The notes: generated by a model not told the origin, from the letters alone. A DNA stretch of 64,000 nucleotides from Chrysomallon squamiferum (GCA_012295275.1 CM022679.1:28644001-28708000), one strand, 5' to 3'. Shown: positions 28,592 to 48,126, counted from the first letter of the stretch. A program made the numbers and translations.

Positions 28592-30535
28592 CTGAAAGAT
28601 AACGTGAGACACAAAGTAAGTAAAAAAATCTTTGCTGAAAAGACGTGAAAAATAATTTGTAAATGACTGATTCAGTCTTGAATATGATTTGATAAAAAAA
28701 AATTACAGCAGGAAGTGTAGTTTAGAACTAGAACAAAAAATAAAGAGTAAAAACATACAATATCTGCAGAAACAAGAACATAATAATAAGTAAGTAAATA
28801 AATAAATAAATAAAATAGAAATAATTTAGTCCAAATAATAACCACATATCTGAAATCGACAGAAAAGCAAAAGAAAGAAAAATGAAAAAATAATAATAAT
28901 AAAAAAAAAAAAAAAAAATAAATAAAAATAACCCAGAAAACTTTAAGAACGAAGGAACGAATAGATCGAATAATAAGAATTATGAGTTATATAGGCGAAA
29001 CGTACTCTGTGTTTACTAAACAAGCAACATAATGAGTTCCGAAGTGATGACTGTTAACAGGTCACAAAGACCTGAACTGGTATCCGTTATTTTTACACCT
29101 GTGCTATTATTAGCCAGGTTTAGGGGTAACGGTGTAGTTCCAGTGTATTACAGGTCTCAGTTAAAAGCTTTTTTGTGTTATTTATTGACAATAAATTGAT
29201 TTATCGACATTTCTTTTCACCGAGGGTCGAAAGAAAAAAGAAATTGTCGAGGTTTGTGATAGAAATCAAACAATAGAATGTTTTATTAGTTAATCAATAA
29301 ACTAATGGGTAGAGTTTCACTTTCAAGAGAACGTGTAATAATTTTGTTATTGATGACGTGGCGGTTCAGTTGTCAGCCATCACGACAGACAGGTTGCTAG
29401 GTCACACCTCGCCGTCTGTTGACAGCTCTAAGTCGTCAGTTCTGTCTCATCATCTTTGGACAGACAATATTGAGATATCCAGGACAAACAATTACACAGA
29501 CAACTTTCAACTTCATTCTCTGTTTAGATTAACACGTGAATGTTGACATCATCTGGCGTGTTGTTAAATTTACATTTAAATAAATAATTTTGAACATCAT
29601 CGTCGTCATCATCATCATCATCACTCTCTCTCTCTTCCTCTCATACACAAACAAAACAAACAAATACTTTTCCTCTCTAATCAGTCGTACAGGTTATAAA
29701 CAAACTAACGCAAACACTAACTAACATGTGTATGATGGCAGCTGTTTCCTGGTACGCATGCTGAGTACGTATCTGTGCTTGCGTGTACGTGTGTCTGTCA
29801 GAATGCATGCATGTATGTATGTTTTGTGAACGTACACACGTAGGTAAATTAACTCACAGGTAAATAAACTCAAACTCTTAACGGAGTTTCCTACAGCAGA
29901 GTAAACACGTAACAGCGCACTGAACCCAGAGGCTAACAGGAAACGTAGCAGATTAACACGAAACGTAAAACGATCTTAATCGGGAAATTAATTTCAATCA
30001 CTGTACACCAACACCGCCCCCTCACTCCTCTCTCCCCTCCCCCGTTCTGGCAGCTTCCCTGGCCCTTGATCGATAACGACAGCACAGCGATCTGCCGTAT
30101 TGCTGTCGTCGACGTAGTGTGCTGTGAGGTCAAGAATAAACACCTGCGCGGATTGACAGGTAGTCGAGATCTCGCTAATCTGCCCAGCACCAGAAAACGT
30201 TATCAGTCAGCTGACGCTCGAGAAGCAGGTTATCTCAGTTTTCTTCTACACAGCGAGAAATCAGTTACACACTAAATAGCTCAATATAACTAAGTATGAA
30301 CTTGACAGATTGGCCGTATATACGTATATGTACAAACAAACAAACATACAAATATAGGTATATACATTCATACATACATACATACATCCATACATACATC
30401 CATAAATACATACATACATACATACATATTAACATAGATACATACATAGACATACATATATAAATAGATATATTAATAAATACCATATAATGAGACAGAG
30501 AAACATAGAGACAGGTAAACACAGAGAGAGAGGGG

Positions 30536-30714
<179 letters not shown>

Positions 30715-31987
30715 AAACGAACGACTGTAAAGAAAACTTGGTGTAACTGATAGAGTTAAAGTCAGGCTTGTCTGTTTAATCCAAACAACAAACCAAGGCA
30801 CACAGGATTATCCCAACTGCAAACTAAAGTATCTCAGTATGAAACTCACAGATGTTTGCAGGGCTGGACTCTAGGCAATTGTTTGATGTTTGAACAGTCT
30901 CGTTTGATGAAACTTCGTGTTTACTCAGTCAGTGTAGAATCTCTGATTTCCTCAACTGTGGACAGTATTTTCTCTTCGGTTTCGTTAAAACAAAGTTCAG
31001 TTGTTTTTTAAAGAGGAAAAAAGTTACTGCTGTTGCTTTGTCCTCTATTTTGTACTTACATTCGTTAAATAACATCATCATCAACAACAACAATAGCAGC
31101 AACAACAACAACAACAACAATAATAATAATAATAACGAAGAAGAAAAAAGAATAGAAAAAGTAATAATTAAAAATATATTTAAAGTGTGTGTGTGTGTAT
31201 TAGTATGTATCTGCGTGTGTTAGTATGTGCGCGCGCCCGTATTTTTGTGTGCAATACAGTTTTAAAGATCTCAGTTTATATAATATTATTTTCTTCTTTA
31301 TTGTCCTTTCTTTTCTAAATCTATTTAAAAAAAAAAAAAAAAAAAAAAAATTATTTACCCACATATAAATAACAGTTAACCGACAAACTAAATCTGTGCT
31401 TTTAAATAAAACTAAAATTATAAAATAAACACGATGAAGCTTTCATTGTTGTAAGAGAGGGTTTTTTTTTTTTCTTTTTCTTTTTTTCCACCAGAAAATA
31501 CGATTGTTTCGCAAACTGATATTACGAGGAACAGAAATAAAAAAAAATAAATAAAATAAAAAAATAAAAAAAATAAGGTTAAAAGTTAAGGTTATAAAAT
31601 TGAAATTTTCTGTATGTGTATTCTTCTAGATGAAATCTTGGCATACCCATTTGTATTCATTGCTATAATATATTTGCTTTTGATAGCTGTATGCAGATAG
31701 AATATCACTGTGCGTTTTTTTATACATTAATGTAAAATCCGATAAAAGTAAAATAAATCCAAATAATGGAGATTAGTGAATGGTGTAATTTGTATTATTC
31801 TCAAATAAACAAAAGCAAGGAAACTGTTAGAGAGAAGGAAAGAACGAAAGAAAGAAAGTAAGAAGGAAGGAGAACAGGAAAAAGTACTTTATTATTTTAT
31901 TATTGTTAATAATTATTTTATGACGTAAAATAAAACGTTACTACATTATTACGTCATAATTGAGGTTGCCTAGCATTTTATCTTGTT

Positions 31988-32098
<111 letters not shown>

Positions 32099-32514
32099 CA
32101 CGTGTGTGTGTGTGTGTGTGTGTGTGTTCTGAAAAATGAATATATGTATTTGTTAATAATTGTAGTTGTTATTGTTATTTGGTACAAAGGACTCGTGCAT
32201 GAACGGATGGTTCTGGTTCAGAGAAACGTAGCATTGATTAACTTTACATTTCGAGCAGATACTTTTATTGTATAATTAACTTCAAAAGTTTATTTCTTTA
32301 TTATTACGTTGTTGTGTTTTTAAAATTTTATCTTTTTTTTTCTGACATCAGTTTGAGGTGACCCCCTGTCACGTGACTAGATAGATCTTGTCTGTGTTCT
32401 ATCCCGTGTTTAAACAGGGTGTGTCAACTCGACGTGACGTGAATGTTTGAACTGTGTTACGTAGACTCACTAAGTCTAAAATAACAGGGCAACTGTAAGT
32501 CGTTAAAACGTTCT

Positions 32515-32528
32515 GTCGCCAAGGCAAC
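32515..32528. promoter_or_regulatory. RFX X-box-like motif
   Basis: GTCGCC-AA-GGCAAC fits GTNRCC-N0-3-RGYAAC; motif match only. Confidence 0.25.
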
Positions 32529-33554
32529 CAGGATCAGTTCCTAAAGTGGTTTCTGTAAAACATAAATCTTGCAGCTAATCTTCAAATGGGCGTTAATTTC
32601 CCCATTTCAGAAACAGGTGCACCGAAGATCGTGTATATTTTATGTTCTGGAAGGTGAAAATTAATCATCTTTTAATTGTTTATTGGTTTCGTTTCTGTCA
32701 TCAGAATTCTAAAAAAAAAATTAGCAAACACCAGATGATATTTTTAGATGTTTTAAACAAATAGCGAAACTGAGGAAGACTGATTTACCCAAACAACACA
32801 AAACTAAACTTCATCACTGAGTTTATTGACTGACTCCTGATTCCTGCTGGTATTTAAATACTGTCAACATGCAGTGGTAGTAGTAGACGAGATGACGATA
32901 CTGATGATGGTGATGATTAAGTTAATGACATCAGTGACTGATGATGAAGTCGATTTAGACGATCAATCGATATAACGTATTTGTTATTCACAGAGCAATA
33001 AAAAAAAAACGCATTCAACTTAATTCTGTATGTATGATATAAAAAAAATCACCAGTTTTATCAAATTAACTAAAATCATTTATCTTCTAAATATAATTTA
33101 CTTTTGTTAATAAATCATAATCATAATCGTTGTCCTTCTTAAAAAGGCTCCATTACAATCGTATCACGAAAACACAGGTCACGTTACTTTTCATCTGACA
33201 TCACGTGACTTTGAACCGTCTACACATCGCCTTATGAGGGCGGCAGTTCCGAGAAATATTAATATTTTAATCACTTAAGAAACACTACAGCGAGAGTTCG
33301 AGCAGTTTTTATCTTTCATATTACCTTATACAAGCTGACACGCGATAAGCTGGGACATTTTACGCATACCAGGCCACCTGGCGTTTCACAAAATAAACCA
33401 CGTGCAAGTCACATGCATAATCTCGTGAACTTGATCTTTGCTGTAGGTGTGTCGATAGTATTATACCTCAAGTACTAAACATAATGTGAGATGATCTTAG
33501 TTTTAAATATGTAGTTGCTAGCCATGTAGTTGTTGGTGTTTTGGTGTGGTTTTC

Positions 33555-33610
<56 letters not shown>

Positions 33611-35433
33611 GTTTGTTTTTGTTTTGTTTTGTAAAACGTAATAAAAAAATGTGATAGTTTGTCACGCCTGTTTCTTAAACAAACCAGACATCGGCAATGT
33701 TAAATGAAATAAAACACGCTTTAATATATTCAGATTGCGTAATATAAAGCAGTACAGTACATAAAACACATAACTTCATCTGTCATCGCTTCTGAATATA
33801 CATGACAGTCTCGACATACAAGTCTAAATTATAAATGTTAATTTTATTCTTCTTAATCAGAATTTTAATTTGTACGTTTTGTTGAAGACATTAAAAAAAA
33901 AACAAAAAAAAAAAAAAAAAGATAAACGAGCAATATTGCTTTCCTAGGCTGGCAACTTGAGATACGACTTCCAAAGTTATCTTGTACAAACACCGTCAAC
34001 CAAACGCTGTGTAAACTACTGTAACACTCTAAACAGTTTTAGTTTCTCTTATCAGCAGCGTGCTGTTTTTACCTGCACGCCACTCACTAATACAGCTTTT
34101 TTTTTTATCTCTACTTTGCGATAGACTGCATTCTGTGACGTTTTATAAACCAGTTTGGAACGGGGAAAAGCTAACAGGCCAAGCGAGAGGAATAGGTCAA
34201 AATGGTGTGGGTTTTTTTGTTTGGTTTTTTGATGGGTCTATTGATTCTGTGAGGATGATATAGTACCTAGCAGTACGGCGTGAAATGACCAAAGTTGCGA
34301 TGATCCTAAGAACTCTTCAAGTTCAGCTGAAAACAGTGAAACTCTCGGAAGAAGAACAAAGATTGTACAGCTTCATTCAAACCCGCCAGCATTGAGTCTC
34401 AGATCTTTAGCATCTCACCGCTCCAGTAACCAGCACAATCGAACAGCACAAAATACAATTGATAATTGTTTGCTTAAAGTGATTTTTTGTGTCGACTGCA
34501 ACTACGGCATTCCACGGACTGTTGCAGTGGAAAATAGCATTGAACGAAAGTGATGTCATTTTCAGTAATGAAATTGATTTGCCAGGCAAACATGCATTTC
34601 ATGTGAACATTTTAGTTTCGGTCCCCATGGCACCCCATGCAAATATTTATCAGTTGTAGACTGCGGCGAAAAAACTTCAGATATGACGTTTTAATCATGA
34701 TGCAATGCAATCAACTGTTTGTTGTACGCAGCCACCTTTTTGTTCACAGCGCCATAAAAATGTTTAAAATCTGATCATTTCATTTTTACGTGACTCAGAT
34801 TTGAGTTCTCGTCTGAAATCATTCATACGTAATATTTTTTTTTTTTTTTATATATCCACATTCAGAAAAAAATAATGAAACTATAATTAATATTCAAATC
34901 AAGGAAACAAAACCCCTTCACTGGTAACACTATATCAAACAGTTTACTACAACAGCCACCACGGCCACTTCACAGTCTTCCACGACGATTCCTGTTAATA
35001 CTGTGTCTTCTTTAGACACACTGATGATTCACTGATTACGTTTGAAGTAGTAGCAGTAGTAGTTGCAGTAGTAGTACGAAAAGTAGTAAAAGTACAGTCC
35101 TAGTAGTAGTAAGGGCAACAGCATCAGTATTAGTTAGATTAGTAGTAGTAATGGTAATAGTAGCAATAGCTATAGTGGTAGAAAAAGCAGTAATAATAAT
35201 AATTGTAGTAATAACAGCAGTAATAGTAAGAGTAATAGTAAAAGTAATAGTAGTAGTAGCAGCAGTAGTAGTAGAAGTTTCAGTAGTAGTAGTAGTAGTA
35301 GTAGAATTACAAATAATTATTATTGTTGTTGTTGTTGTTGTTGTTGTAGAAGAAGAAGAACAAAAAAGTGTTTAAAATAAATATAAAATCAATGACGAGT
35401 AACTGAAATATGAGAAACGTTACAAAGAGACAC

Positions 35434-36080
35434 ACAAAGCTCTAACAGCTGTCACACTTAACACTGAATTAGTGATGAGACAAAGCTCTAACAGCTGTCA
35501 CACTTAACACTGAATTAGTGATGAGACAAAGCTCTAAAGCTGTCACACTTAACACTGAATTAGTGATGAGACAAAGCTCTAACAGTCACACTTAACACTG
35601 AATTAGTGATGAGACAAAGCTGAAACACTTTAGTGATGAGACAAAGCTCTAACAGCTGTCACACTTAACACTGAATTAGTGATGAGACAAAGCTCTAACA
35701 GCTGTCACACTTAACACTGAATTAGTGATGAGACAAAGCTCTAACAGCTGTCACACTTAACACTGAATTAGTGATGAGACAAAGCTCTAACAGCTGTCAC
35801 ACTTAACACTGAATTAATGAGACAAAGCTGAATTGAATTAGTGATGAGACAAAGCTCTAACAGCTGTCACACTTAACACTGAATTAGTGATGAGACAAAG
35901 CTCTAACAGCTGTCACACTGAATTAGTGATGAGACAAAGCTCTAACAGCTGTCACACTTAACACTGAATTAGTGATGAGACAAAGCTCTAACAGCTGTCA
36001 CACTTAACACTGAATTAGTGATGAGACAAAGCTCTAACAGCTGTCACACTTAACACTGAATTAGTGATGAGACAAAGCTC
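35434..36080. repeat. 46-bp minisatellite, about 14 copies
   Basis: Unit acaaagctctaacagctgtcacacttaacactgaattagtgatgag; several copies carry small deletions. Confidence 0.95.
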
Positions 36081-36336
36081 AAAGCCATCAAAACTAATTT
36101 GATATATTTTTTATTTTAATCACATCACTTTCTGATTTGCTTCCGTAAAGAAGCTTATGAATATTTATTAAACATATATACATTCGTTTGTTTTTAAGAT
36201 AGGGCATGTTTATACAAAGCTAATTTAAATACGTATAAAAGTCATTTTATCAGTGTAGTTTGAACTGTGTAAATCTTCACTGAATATAGCCAGGACACGT
36301 ACACAATACTATATATATATACATCTATCTACATAA

Positions 36337-36395
<59 letters not shown>

Positions 36396-37514
36396 CAAAT
36401 ACACACATATATACGTATGTCTGTATACAAGCAAATCCGCCCAAAATTAATTAATTACTAATGTCATCATATTTTGTCATTACTCATTACGAAGTTTTCT
36501 GCTTAGAATTGATAAATGCTGAATGAAACAGTTGTTTTTCACGTCGATGATGTTATTTATTATTTTCGCCACGTAACTGTCAATTATTTAAAAAAACAAA
36601 AAAAAAAAAAACAGACAGGAAAAGAACAGACAATTAATCAAGACTGAAGAGTAATTCCACATTCATCCACCATCACTGTTTACCAGAGACAAACAGAAGG
36701 AGAAATATTTCTTGTCCGAGTGGAAATTCTCTCCCAGGTCTCTGCTAATCTCACTGTCAAGTCTGCTGAATCGAGCTCTGTAACTGCACTGCACAGAAAC
36801 GTTCTCGAAGTATTCATGTTTCAAGGATTAAAATCACAAACAGCAGACGACAGTTTTGACATGAAATGTGTTGAGTTCGTTTCACTGAGGAAGGTTTTTC
36901 AGTGTAACGCGGCTGTGGGGTGACGTCATCAGATAACTAACAACCACCGACCTCCTCTCTGTCAGCCACAACTACCACATCATTTCATTTTATTTTATTT
37001 GTTTGTTTGTTTGTTTGTTTGTTAGCTTTTTGTTATTTTTATTTATTATATTTTAATAACTTGTTTACATATTACATTTTTATTAAATTATAAAGGTATT
37101 TTATTTTACTGAAATTAGTAATGCTGCTCATGTTACAAATTTTATACAATTTACAAAACAGAAATAAAAAATAAGTTTACTACTACTAATGGTAATAGTA
37201 ATAATAATAATAACAATAACAATAATAATAACAACAAACACGACAACAACAACAACAATAATAATAATAATAATAATAACTGTCTATATTTTATTAATGA
37301 TATATTTTCCCTTACTTTCTTAGTATGAGACTATTACTTTGTGTCAAAGAACTGATTAATAAAACTAACAACATATCAAACATACACAACAACAACAACA
37401 ACAACAACACAACAAATAATGAAATAAAACAATTAAGAAAACAGAAAAGAAAAAAAAACGAATGTTGATAATATAATTACATCATTTATTATAACCAAAA
37501 TCAACGTATGGTTA

Positions 37515-37545
<31 letters not shown>

Positions 37546-37858
37546 ATATTCAAGTAATAAAAATAAAAGGGTAACGGGAATAATAAAAACAGATAGCGAG
37601 AAAGACGGAAAATCGAATAAATCGAACAAAGGGAAAGAGAGCGGTGGAGGAACAATAAGAACGAAGTGAGTGTTTTGTGCGAGTGGAGAGGTTTGTTTAG
37701 TGAACAGGCCCACATGTCGTGTTTTTAATTCTCACTTCACAGTCATATATCACAACCACAACGAGTCATTTTTTATATATATAGTTTTTTAAGGTGCAAA
37801 CACACTCGCAAGACTTATGGAAACGATCAGCATTGTTGGATTTTGTGATTTTAATACG

Positions 37859-37941
<83 letters not shown>

Positions 37942-38640
37942 AAACTGAAGGCGTCATTTGCGATGACAAAGTTAGTAGATTAGCCTAACAAAGATTAGCG
38001 GAGATCATCAAACACTGTTTTTATTGTTTACAGAGAATTATCACAATATCACTGGTATCTGCCTTTGTCTTGTGTACCTGTGTATATCTCCCTGTTTATG
38101 CGTTCTTTTGTCTTTCCTTTTTTTCTTTATTCATGTGTGTTTTTCGCTGTGTTTATTTATGTGCTACTTTCGTGTCTTTTAAAAATTCATTAAAATTTAG
38201 TATAATAATAACTGATAAATTCTCTCTCCTACCCACGTACAGACAGACACACCCAACACTTTAGTAATGTGTCTGATGTAAATCAGATATTTCTGCACAT
38301 AATCATAATGTTATCACAGAATGCCACGCCTACGTCCTCTTAACACCATGACAGTGATCTTGTTTCTTGGAAACCTTGTTATGGGAAGTAATACATATTC
38401 ATAAGCTTCTTTACTGTAGAAAATAAAAGAAGTGAAGATATGTTTATCTTTGTAAAATAAACATATCAAATTACACACATACACAATCACACATGTTTAT
38501 AAGTATGTATATACGTATACGTATATGTATTTGTGGTGTATGTGTATGCATGTGAGTATATGGAAGTATGTATTTGAATGTGAATGTAAGTTAAAAATGT
38601 ATATAAATCTTTGATGCATGTGCATATGGTGTATGAAAAA

Positions 38641-38682
<42 letters not shown>

Positions 38683-40616
38683 ATGTGTGTGTATAACTAT
38701 AAATAAATTATAAATACATACAGAGAGACTGGTGGAAGTACACAGATATGTATGTGTAAATAGTTTGTATTTTGTAATTATATATTTCAATTGTACAATA
38801 TATGTTCTACTGTTGACTAATTTCTATACTTGTCATTTGGCCTGTTCAAACTCGATCAAATTCAAACTGATCAAATTTAGCTTGATCAAAGTTGTGTGTG
38901 TTCAAACTTTCTGTGTTCAAACGTCTGTGATTCTACGTGACCTTCAAAGATGAAAAAATCCTTCTAGTCAGTGGTTATAACTCTTGAAAACATTCGGGTT
39001 AAGCTAACATCAAAAAAATCAGTGAAACCTGCTGAAATCAGAAAAAAAAAAAAAAAAAAAACACAGACAATGAAAACACAGCAAAATATTCGCAGTCTAA
39101 AGTTTACAGCGGACACAGATTAGCAGAGAAATTCAAATGATTGCGGATCAAAAGATGAAAAAGACAAAGAAAGAAACAAAACACGGAACATCAAACGAAT
39201 AAAGAAATTTCTGAAGTCTGGATGTTTTGCAGGACGGGTCCTACAAACAGGACTAGGACAGACGTACATCTGAACTGTCCCTGTTTTAAAAGTATTTATT
39301 TATTTATCTATTTGTTTGTTTGTTTATTCTGACACTCTCTGAAAAGTGCAAATTACTGAACATTTTTAATCAAACAAACTTTCCATGTTTCGTTCACAAA
39401 CAGTTCAATACAACCAATTAAACGAGTTTAAACAGACTGCTTCGTAACGTGTTCTGAATAAATGACTGTAGGTTTGTATGAATGTAAGTATTTTAGGATT
39501 CGAATATTCTCTGTCTTACGTACGTCTGAATAGACTCTGCACATAGACAATATTACTGAACGCACTGGCGCAGGAGGACAAAATCCAATCACGACCTCAC
39601 AAACCCGTCAAATGCCGCTGACGAGACTCGAATGTATGGCACACATTCGCCCCCACATGTGTATATTCGTACGTTCGTACGTACATATGTATGTATATAT
39701 GTATGTATGTATGTGTATAATCTAAGAAACTAACACAACAATGATAATATTATTTATGGTGTCAAAATCTTTTTTCGGCATCCATTTCTCAAATTATATT
39801 CTTACTAAACAGTTCCTCCATGATTTAGAAGCCAAAACAAGAGATAAAAATTAAACAAACTAAAATCGGTTGCGTGCATTATTGATTACCACATCTTTTT
39901 TAACCAGTTGGATAAAAATATTATCTCCCTTTGATAGTCACGGAAATGTGTGACTTCCTGAGAATGTAGCCAAGACCTTTCGATTTTCGTCAGTTACCTT
40001 AATCCGAGTGCGTTACTCAGTGCCAAAGTGACTTCAGATCAAGTAAATATTTGACTTTGTTAACTGAAATGCAAAAGTTAGTCTACCTTTGCCCTTTACT
40101 GTGCTTCAGAGTGAAGTATTTTTTATTGATGTTGTCGGTTTTCTTTTTTTTACAAATTTAACGCCACTGCATGGGTCTTTTTTATTTTCATATTGATATT
40201 TAGGTTAAGTTTTTATAAAGTTTGATTGTAAGTGTTTATGTGTTGCAAACTCTTTGTTTATCTTAAGCCTTAATCTGTAATTATCAGGTTTCAATGAAAC
40301 AATGTACGTGATAAATTTAACACGTATTTGAAATAAGTCACCGTCTCGTGTTCCTGTAACATGCTAATTAGCTAAGGTGAATATTACTTTTGGTTCTGTA
40401 ACTTCAGCAACCTGAGAAGAGATAATATTACAAACACATCGTCTTCATTTTACTTCACAGTGTAGTTATTTATGAGAAAAAAATCACGAGGATGTTTTAT
40501 ACCAAGATTTGAATCAACTACCGTCTGCGTTTTTCTGTCTTCCTTCTCTCTGCTTCTTTCTTTCTCCGTGCGTCTGTCTGTCCCTGTATTATCTGTCTCT
40601 CTATGACACACACAAA

Positions 40617-40669
<53 letters not shown>

Positions 40670-41363
40670 CAAAATACGCACGCGCCCATACTCTAAATGC
40701 CTTTGTCTCCGTGGTTCTGTCTCACTGTCTCATGAATGAACAAACGACGGAACTTGAAACTGGACGACATAACTTGACGAAAACATTTGTGTCGAGGGAA
40801 AACTTTGTTTGTTCGTGATAAGTACATACGAGGACTGCTAATCAAAGATCAGACAAGCAATTTACACTTATCTGAAGTTTTGACACAACGCCCTTTTTAC
40901 ATACACAAACAACCTAATTCGTGTCTTTCTTTGTCTTCAGTTCCTTTTTTCAACCATCTCCTTTTTTTTCCATTGTTATTTTCTTTTGTTTATATTAGGA
41001 CATTTTTTTTTTTTCAGCTACCTTCCGATTCATTCTGGGTCAACCAATTTTAATTCAGTTTGTGAAACGTAAGTGAATTATTATAAATTAAATTAATGTC
41101 TATTACTGGATCGATTTTATATGAATGCAGCGGACATTTGATTGAGTATTGGTACATTCGGGTATGTGTATGTATATGTTTATCTGTCGCTGAGTTTGTC
41201 TGCATAATCTGCGTTTATTTTATTAATTTTACTTCGCTATAAATCACTTCACTTCCTCGCGGTGTTAAAACTGTTTAACTCACAGAGAGGACATCAGCAA
41301 GGTTTCTACAGCTGATGACACGACACTGAAATGTTGGTCAGAAGAGAAAACGTCTAAACTTAC

Positions 41364-41527
41364 CCTCTGCCCACGATGAGTCTCAGAGCCTCCAGGTTGC
41401 CGTTGTGAGCGGCCCAGTGTGTGGCGGTGCGGCCGTCTTCGTCGGGGTGATTGAGTTCCTTCTTCTGAGCCTCCCTCAGCAAATCCACGTAACCATCCTT
41501 GGCCGCTTCTATGAATCTCTCGGCCAT
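41364..41527 (-). CDS. USH1G: USH1G/SANS-ANKS4B-like, first coding exon
   Basis: ttctag|agATG gives [55 protein letters not shown] (cf. SANS AARDGY..ELNAPDEDG..WAAYHGNLESLRLIVSRG). It ends GG|gtaagt (phase 2) and is separated from the large exon by a 12.8-kb intron. Confidence 0.93.
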
Positions 41528-42869
41528 CTCTAGAAAAAACGAAAAACAAGTCTTCTTTCCTTGAATAGAGTATCACATATCCTGACTAGTAGCGTGTGTT
41601 TTATCAGACTGAGACGTCAGAGCTTGTAGCGAGATATCTAACTTCGCGTTCGTCTCAAGCTCCTCGCTCATGAATATTCATGTGTTAAGTTTTACCTTTT
41701 TTTTTTTTTTTTTTACTGTGTGTGTGTTAACGTCATCGATAAACTGTGCTGTTCTGTATGTTGTCTTGGTTTGAGTGGCTTTCAAATTCCTCCGTATCTA
41801 TAACCGACATTGTGTTTTTATGAGCACGAGCAGTAAATTATAGTAACTGTCACTGAGGTATACGCTTTCACGTCCGATGTTTGAACGAGTCCGGATTGCT
41901 CAGTTTTTCGGTGACTGGCGAAAAGCCAGGGTATTGATTCGACAGCGTTAAAACAGAAAACAGCGAATAAATCCCCAGTCAGTTGTTTCAGGACAAGATT
42001 TTTGTTTGACATGACAAACGACGCAGTTTATTTTTCAGGCCGAACGACTTTAATTTTCTAAGCATATTAAAAGCATATTCAAATAAATGTTTTGCTATAA
42101 AAAAAAAAAAAATAAAAAAATAAAAAAAATGTTCACATGTAAGAAAAAAATAAACCTATTTTAATGGATGAAGTTACGTGCAAAATGGCGTGTTTTAATT
42201 ATATATGGTCTGCGTGGGAGATAATGTTTTTTACGTTTGTTTATAGTCTTTATGCAGTTGTTGTTGTAGATGCGGTTGTTATTGTTATTATTATTTCTGT
42301 AAAACAGTATTTTTTTACGTCAGTTCTAACAGAGCAGAAGAGCATCAGCGCTTAGTAACAGCGTAAAAATAATCAAACAATCACAGCAAAAAAAACAGTG
42401 TTCACTTCTAACTATTCTTTCTTTTTTATTTCTCGTTTATTTTTTTTTATTTATTTTTTACATTGTTTATTTATTTATTTATTTGTTTTAATTTATTTAT
42501 TTATTTATTTATTTGTTTATTTATTTGTTTATTTTTATTTTTTATTTATTTATTTATTTATTTATTTGTTTATATTATTTATTTCTCTATTTATTTATTT
42601 ATTTATTTGTTTAAATCACAGTTCAGTCAGCGGTCTGTTTCTTTATTGTTAGATAATGTTTTTCATCTCAAGTCAAATTAGGAAATTCTGAACACCTTGC
42701 AGTTCCAACAAAAAAACCCAACAACAACAACAACATAATTTATACATTTTTGTCCGTTAATAAAAATGTAGGTCAAGTAGACTGAACACACAGTTTATCT
42801 CGAGATATTCCTATCAGTCGGCGACTCGCGTTTTAATATCAAATAAAACAACAGAACAACTACTGAAAT

Positions 42870-42979
<110 letters not shown>

Positions 42980-43236
42980 CCTTGCCCGTTTAGTTCCTAG
43001 AATTTTCAGGAAAATGCATCTCCTGTTTTCTTTTCTGTAGATTTAAAACACAATCCTAGCAACTCTGTGACAGAAAACTATTTACCCCCATTCAAACAAA
43101 CAAATTCAAATAAATACAACATGAAACAGATACGCACAGATAGACACATAGACACATACATCCAAAACACACACACAGACACCCACACACATATATACGC
43201 ACATATGAATTACACACACGTGTATAGGTACATCAT

Positions 43237-43272
<36 letters not shown>

Positions 43273-44785
43273 GAACAGGGGAGACAAATCTAGATACTAA
43301 CCAATGGAAGTAATCATATTTTTGTTCTCTCCCATACATCAGTGGAAAACAGAACATTGATTTTGTTTCACACAACTCAGTTTTTGATTACTTAACACTA
43401 ACACATACAAAAAAAATGGATGTCGGGAAAAAGAAGAACAAAGAAGACTGAAATTGTACAAACGTCTGAATTAATCATCAGCAAGAATGTTAGATACAAA
43501 AATCTGTCACTTTCATTCTGGTAACGAATACCCAACACAGAAAACACTGTTATTTTGGGATCCAGTCACGTGGTCTAAACTGCTTTCACTGAAATTAGAA
43601 TACTAGTTTTTGAGGGAATTGTGTTGAAGATGCACTAAACTAAGTGATTTACTGGTCGTTTCTTTAAGCATCGCAGACAATTATTCGTAAAAATTAAATC
43701 AAATAGTAAATTTGAAAAGCCTGTTTGTTTTAAATTAAGGAAGGTGTAAAGTAGAAATAAGACATATTTCACATCTTGTACGTCGACGTTGTTGAGAGAT
43801 GGCATTTTGTCTGGATGCTGCCCATGAAGACCAAACTCGAGCTACAAGTACGCACACACGTCACTGCGGTGCGTGTGAGTAGGTACGCATTTATGTACAC
43901 CAAGTCAAGTCCTCGTGGTTTGTCTTTCGTCATTTCTGCTAGCATCTATTTTTCTTTTTGTTTTTTCTTTCTTTCTTTCTTTCTTTCTTTCTTTATTTCT
44001 TTATTTATTTATTTATTTATATTATTTCATTTTATATCATTTTATACTGGCTGCTTCAAGGTCACGTTGGCAACAAAGTCAAATTCAAGGTCAAACAAAC
44101 GATGAAAAAGTCACCAGACTTTAACTAGAATCGGTCAAACTAGAATTCCAATGAAATCAGTTCCATCGAAATCGACCCACTGATTGTTAACATGATTCTT
44201 TGGGTCATCCAGAATGTCTTGGATCATATTCAAATTGGTGTACATTCCACGACGGGGTGGTCGATCAATTAACTGAGATGAGCTACAACGGAACTTACGA
44301 TGGTGCTGGTTGGATGGACCTGTTTATTACAGAACAAACCATTGGTCGTTGTTTTATAATTCAGCCAATCACGTTTGGTGTTTACTGTGAGTACGAAACT
44401 GTAAAGGAAGATTCACAAATACAGGAGAGTTATAGAGTTCTTGAGGGTCTACATGTAAAATGAAGAGGTTAAAATTTTACTCTTGTAATATCATGTGACC
44501 CTCATTTTAACAGCGTATTCGTCTATCCACGTGTTTCATAGAGAGACTTTAGTGTTTTACCAAATCTACTCCTCTGTGTTCAGTAGCCAGATTGAGTTGT
44601 AAAAAACTGTTTTTCTATTTTAGATTTTTCTAATCATTAGAGAAACTGTCACAAAGACAAAACAGTTTATCTCTGAAATTAAGACATCAGAGAAATCTCA
44701 TGCAAGACTAAACACACAAAATAATAGTTTTAAAACAAATTTATTATTCCTTTTCATATTTCCTTTTAGCAGTCTTCTTTTCATC

Positions 44786-47982
<3,197 letters not shown>

Positions 47983-48079
47983 CTCGTGAACAGTTGAAAC
48001 TGAAACAGATCCAAACGTGTTTCATTACATACATTTCTTTTATATATAACTCTCATACCGTTTTACATAACACACACAA

Positions 48080-48126
<47 letters not shown>

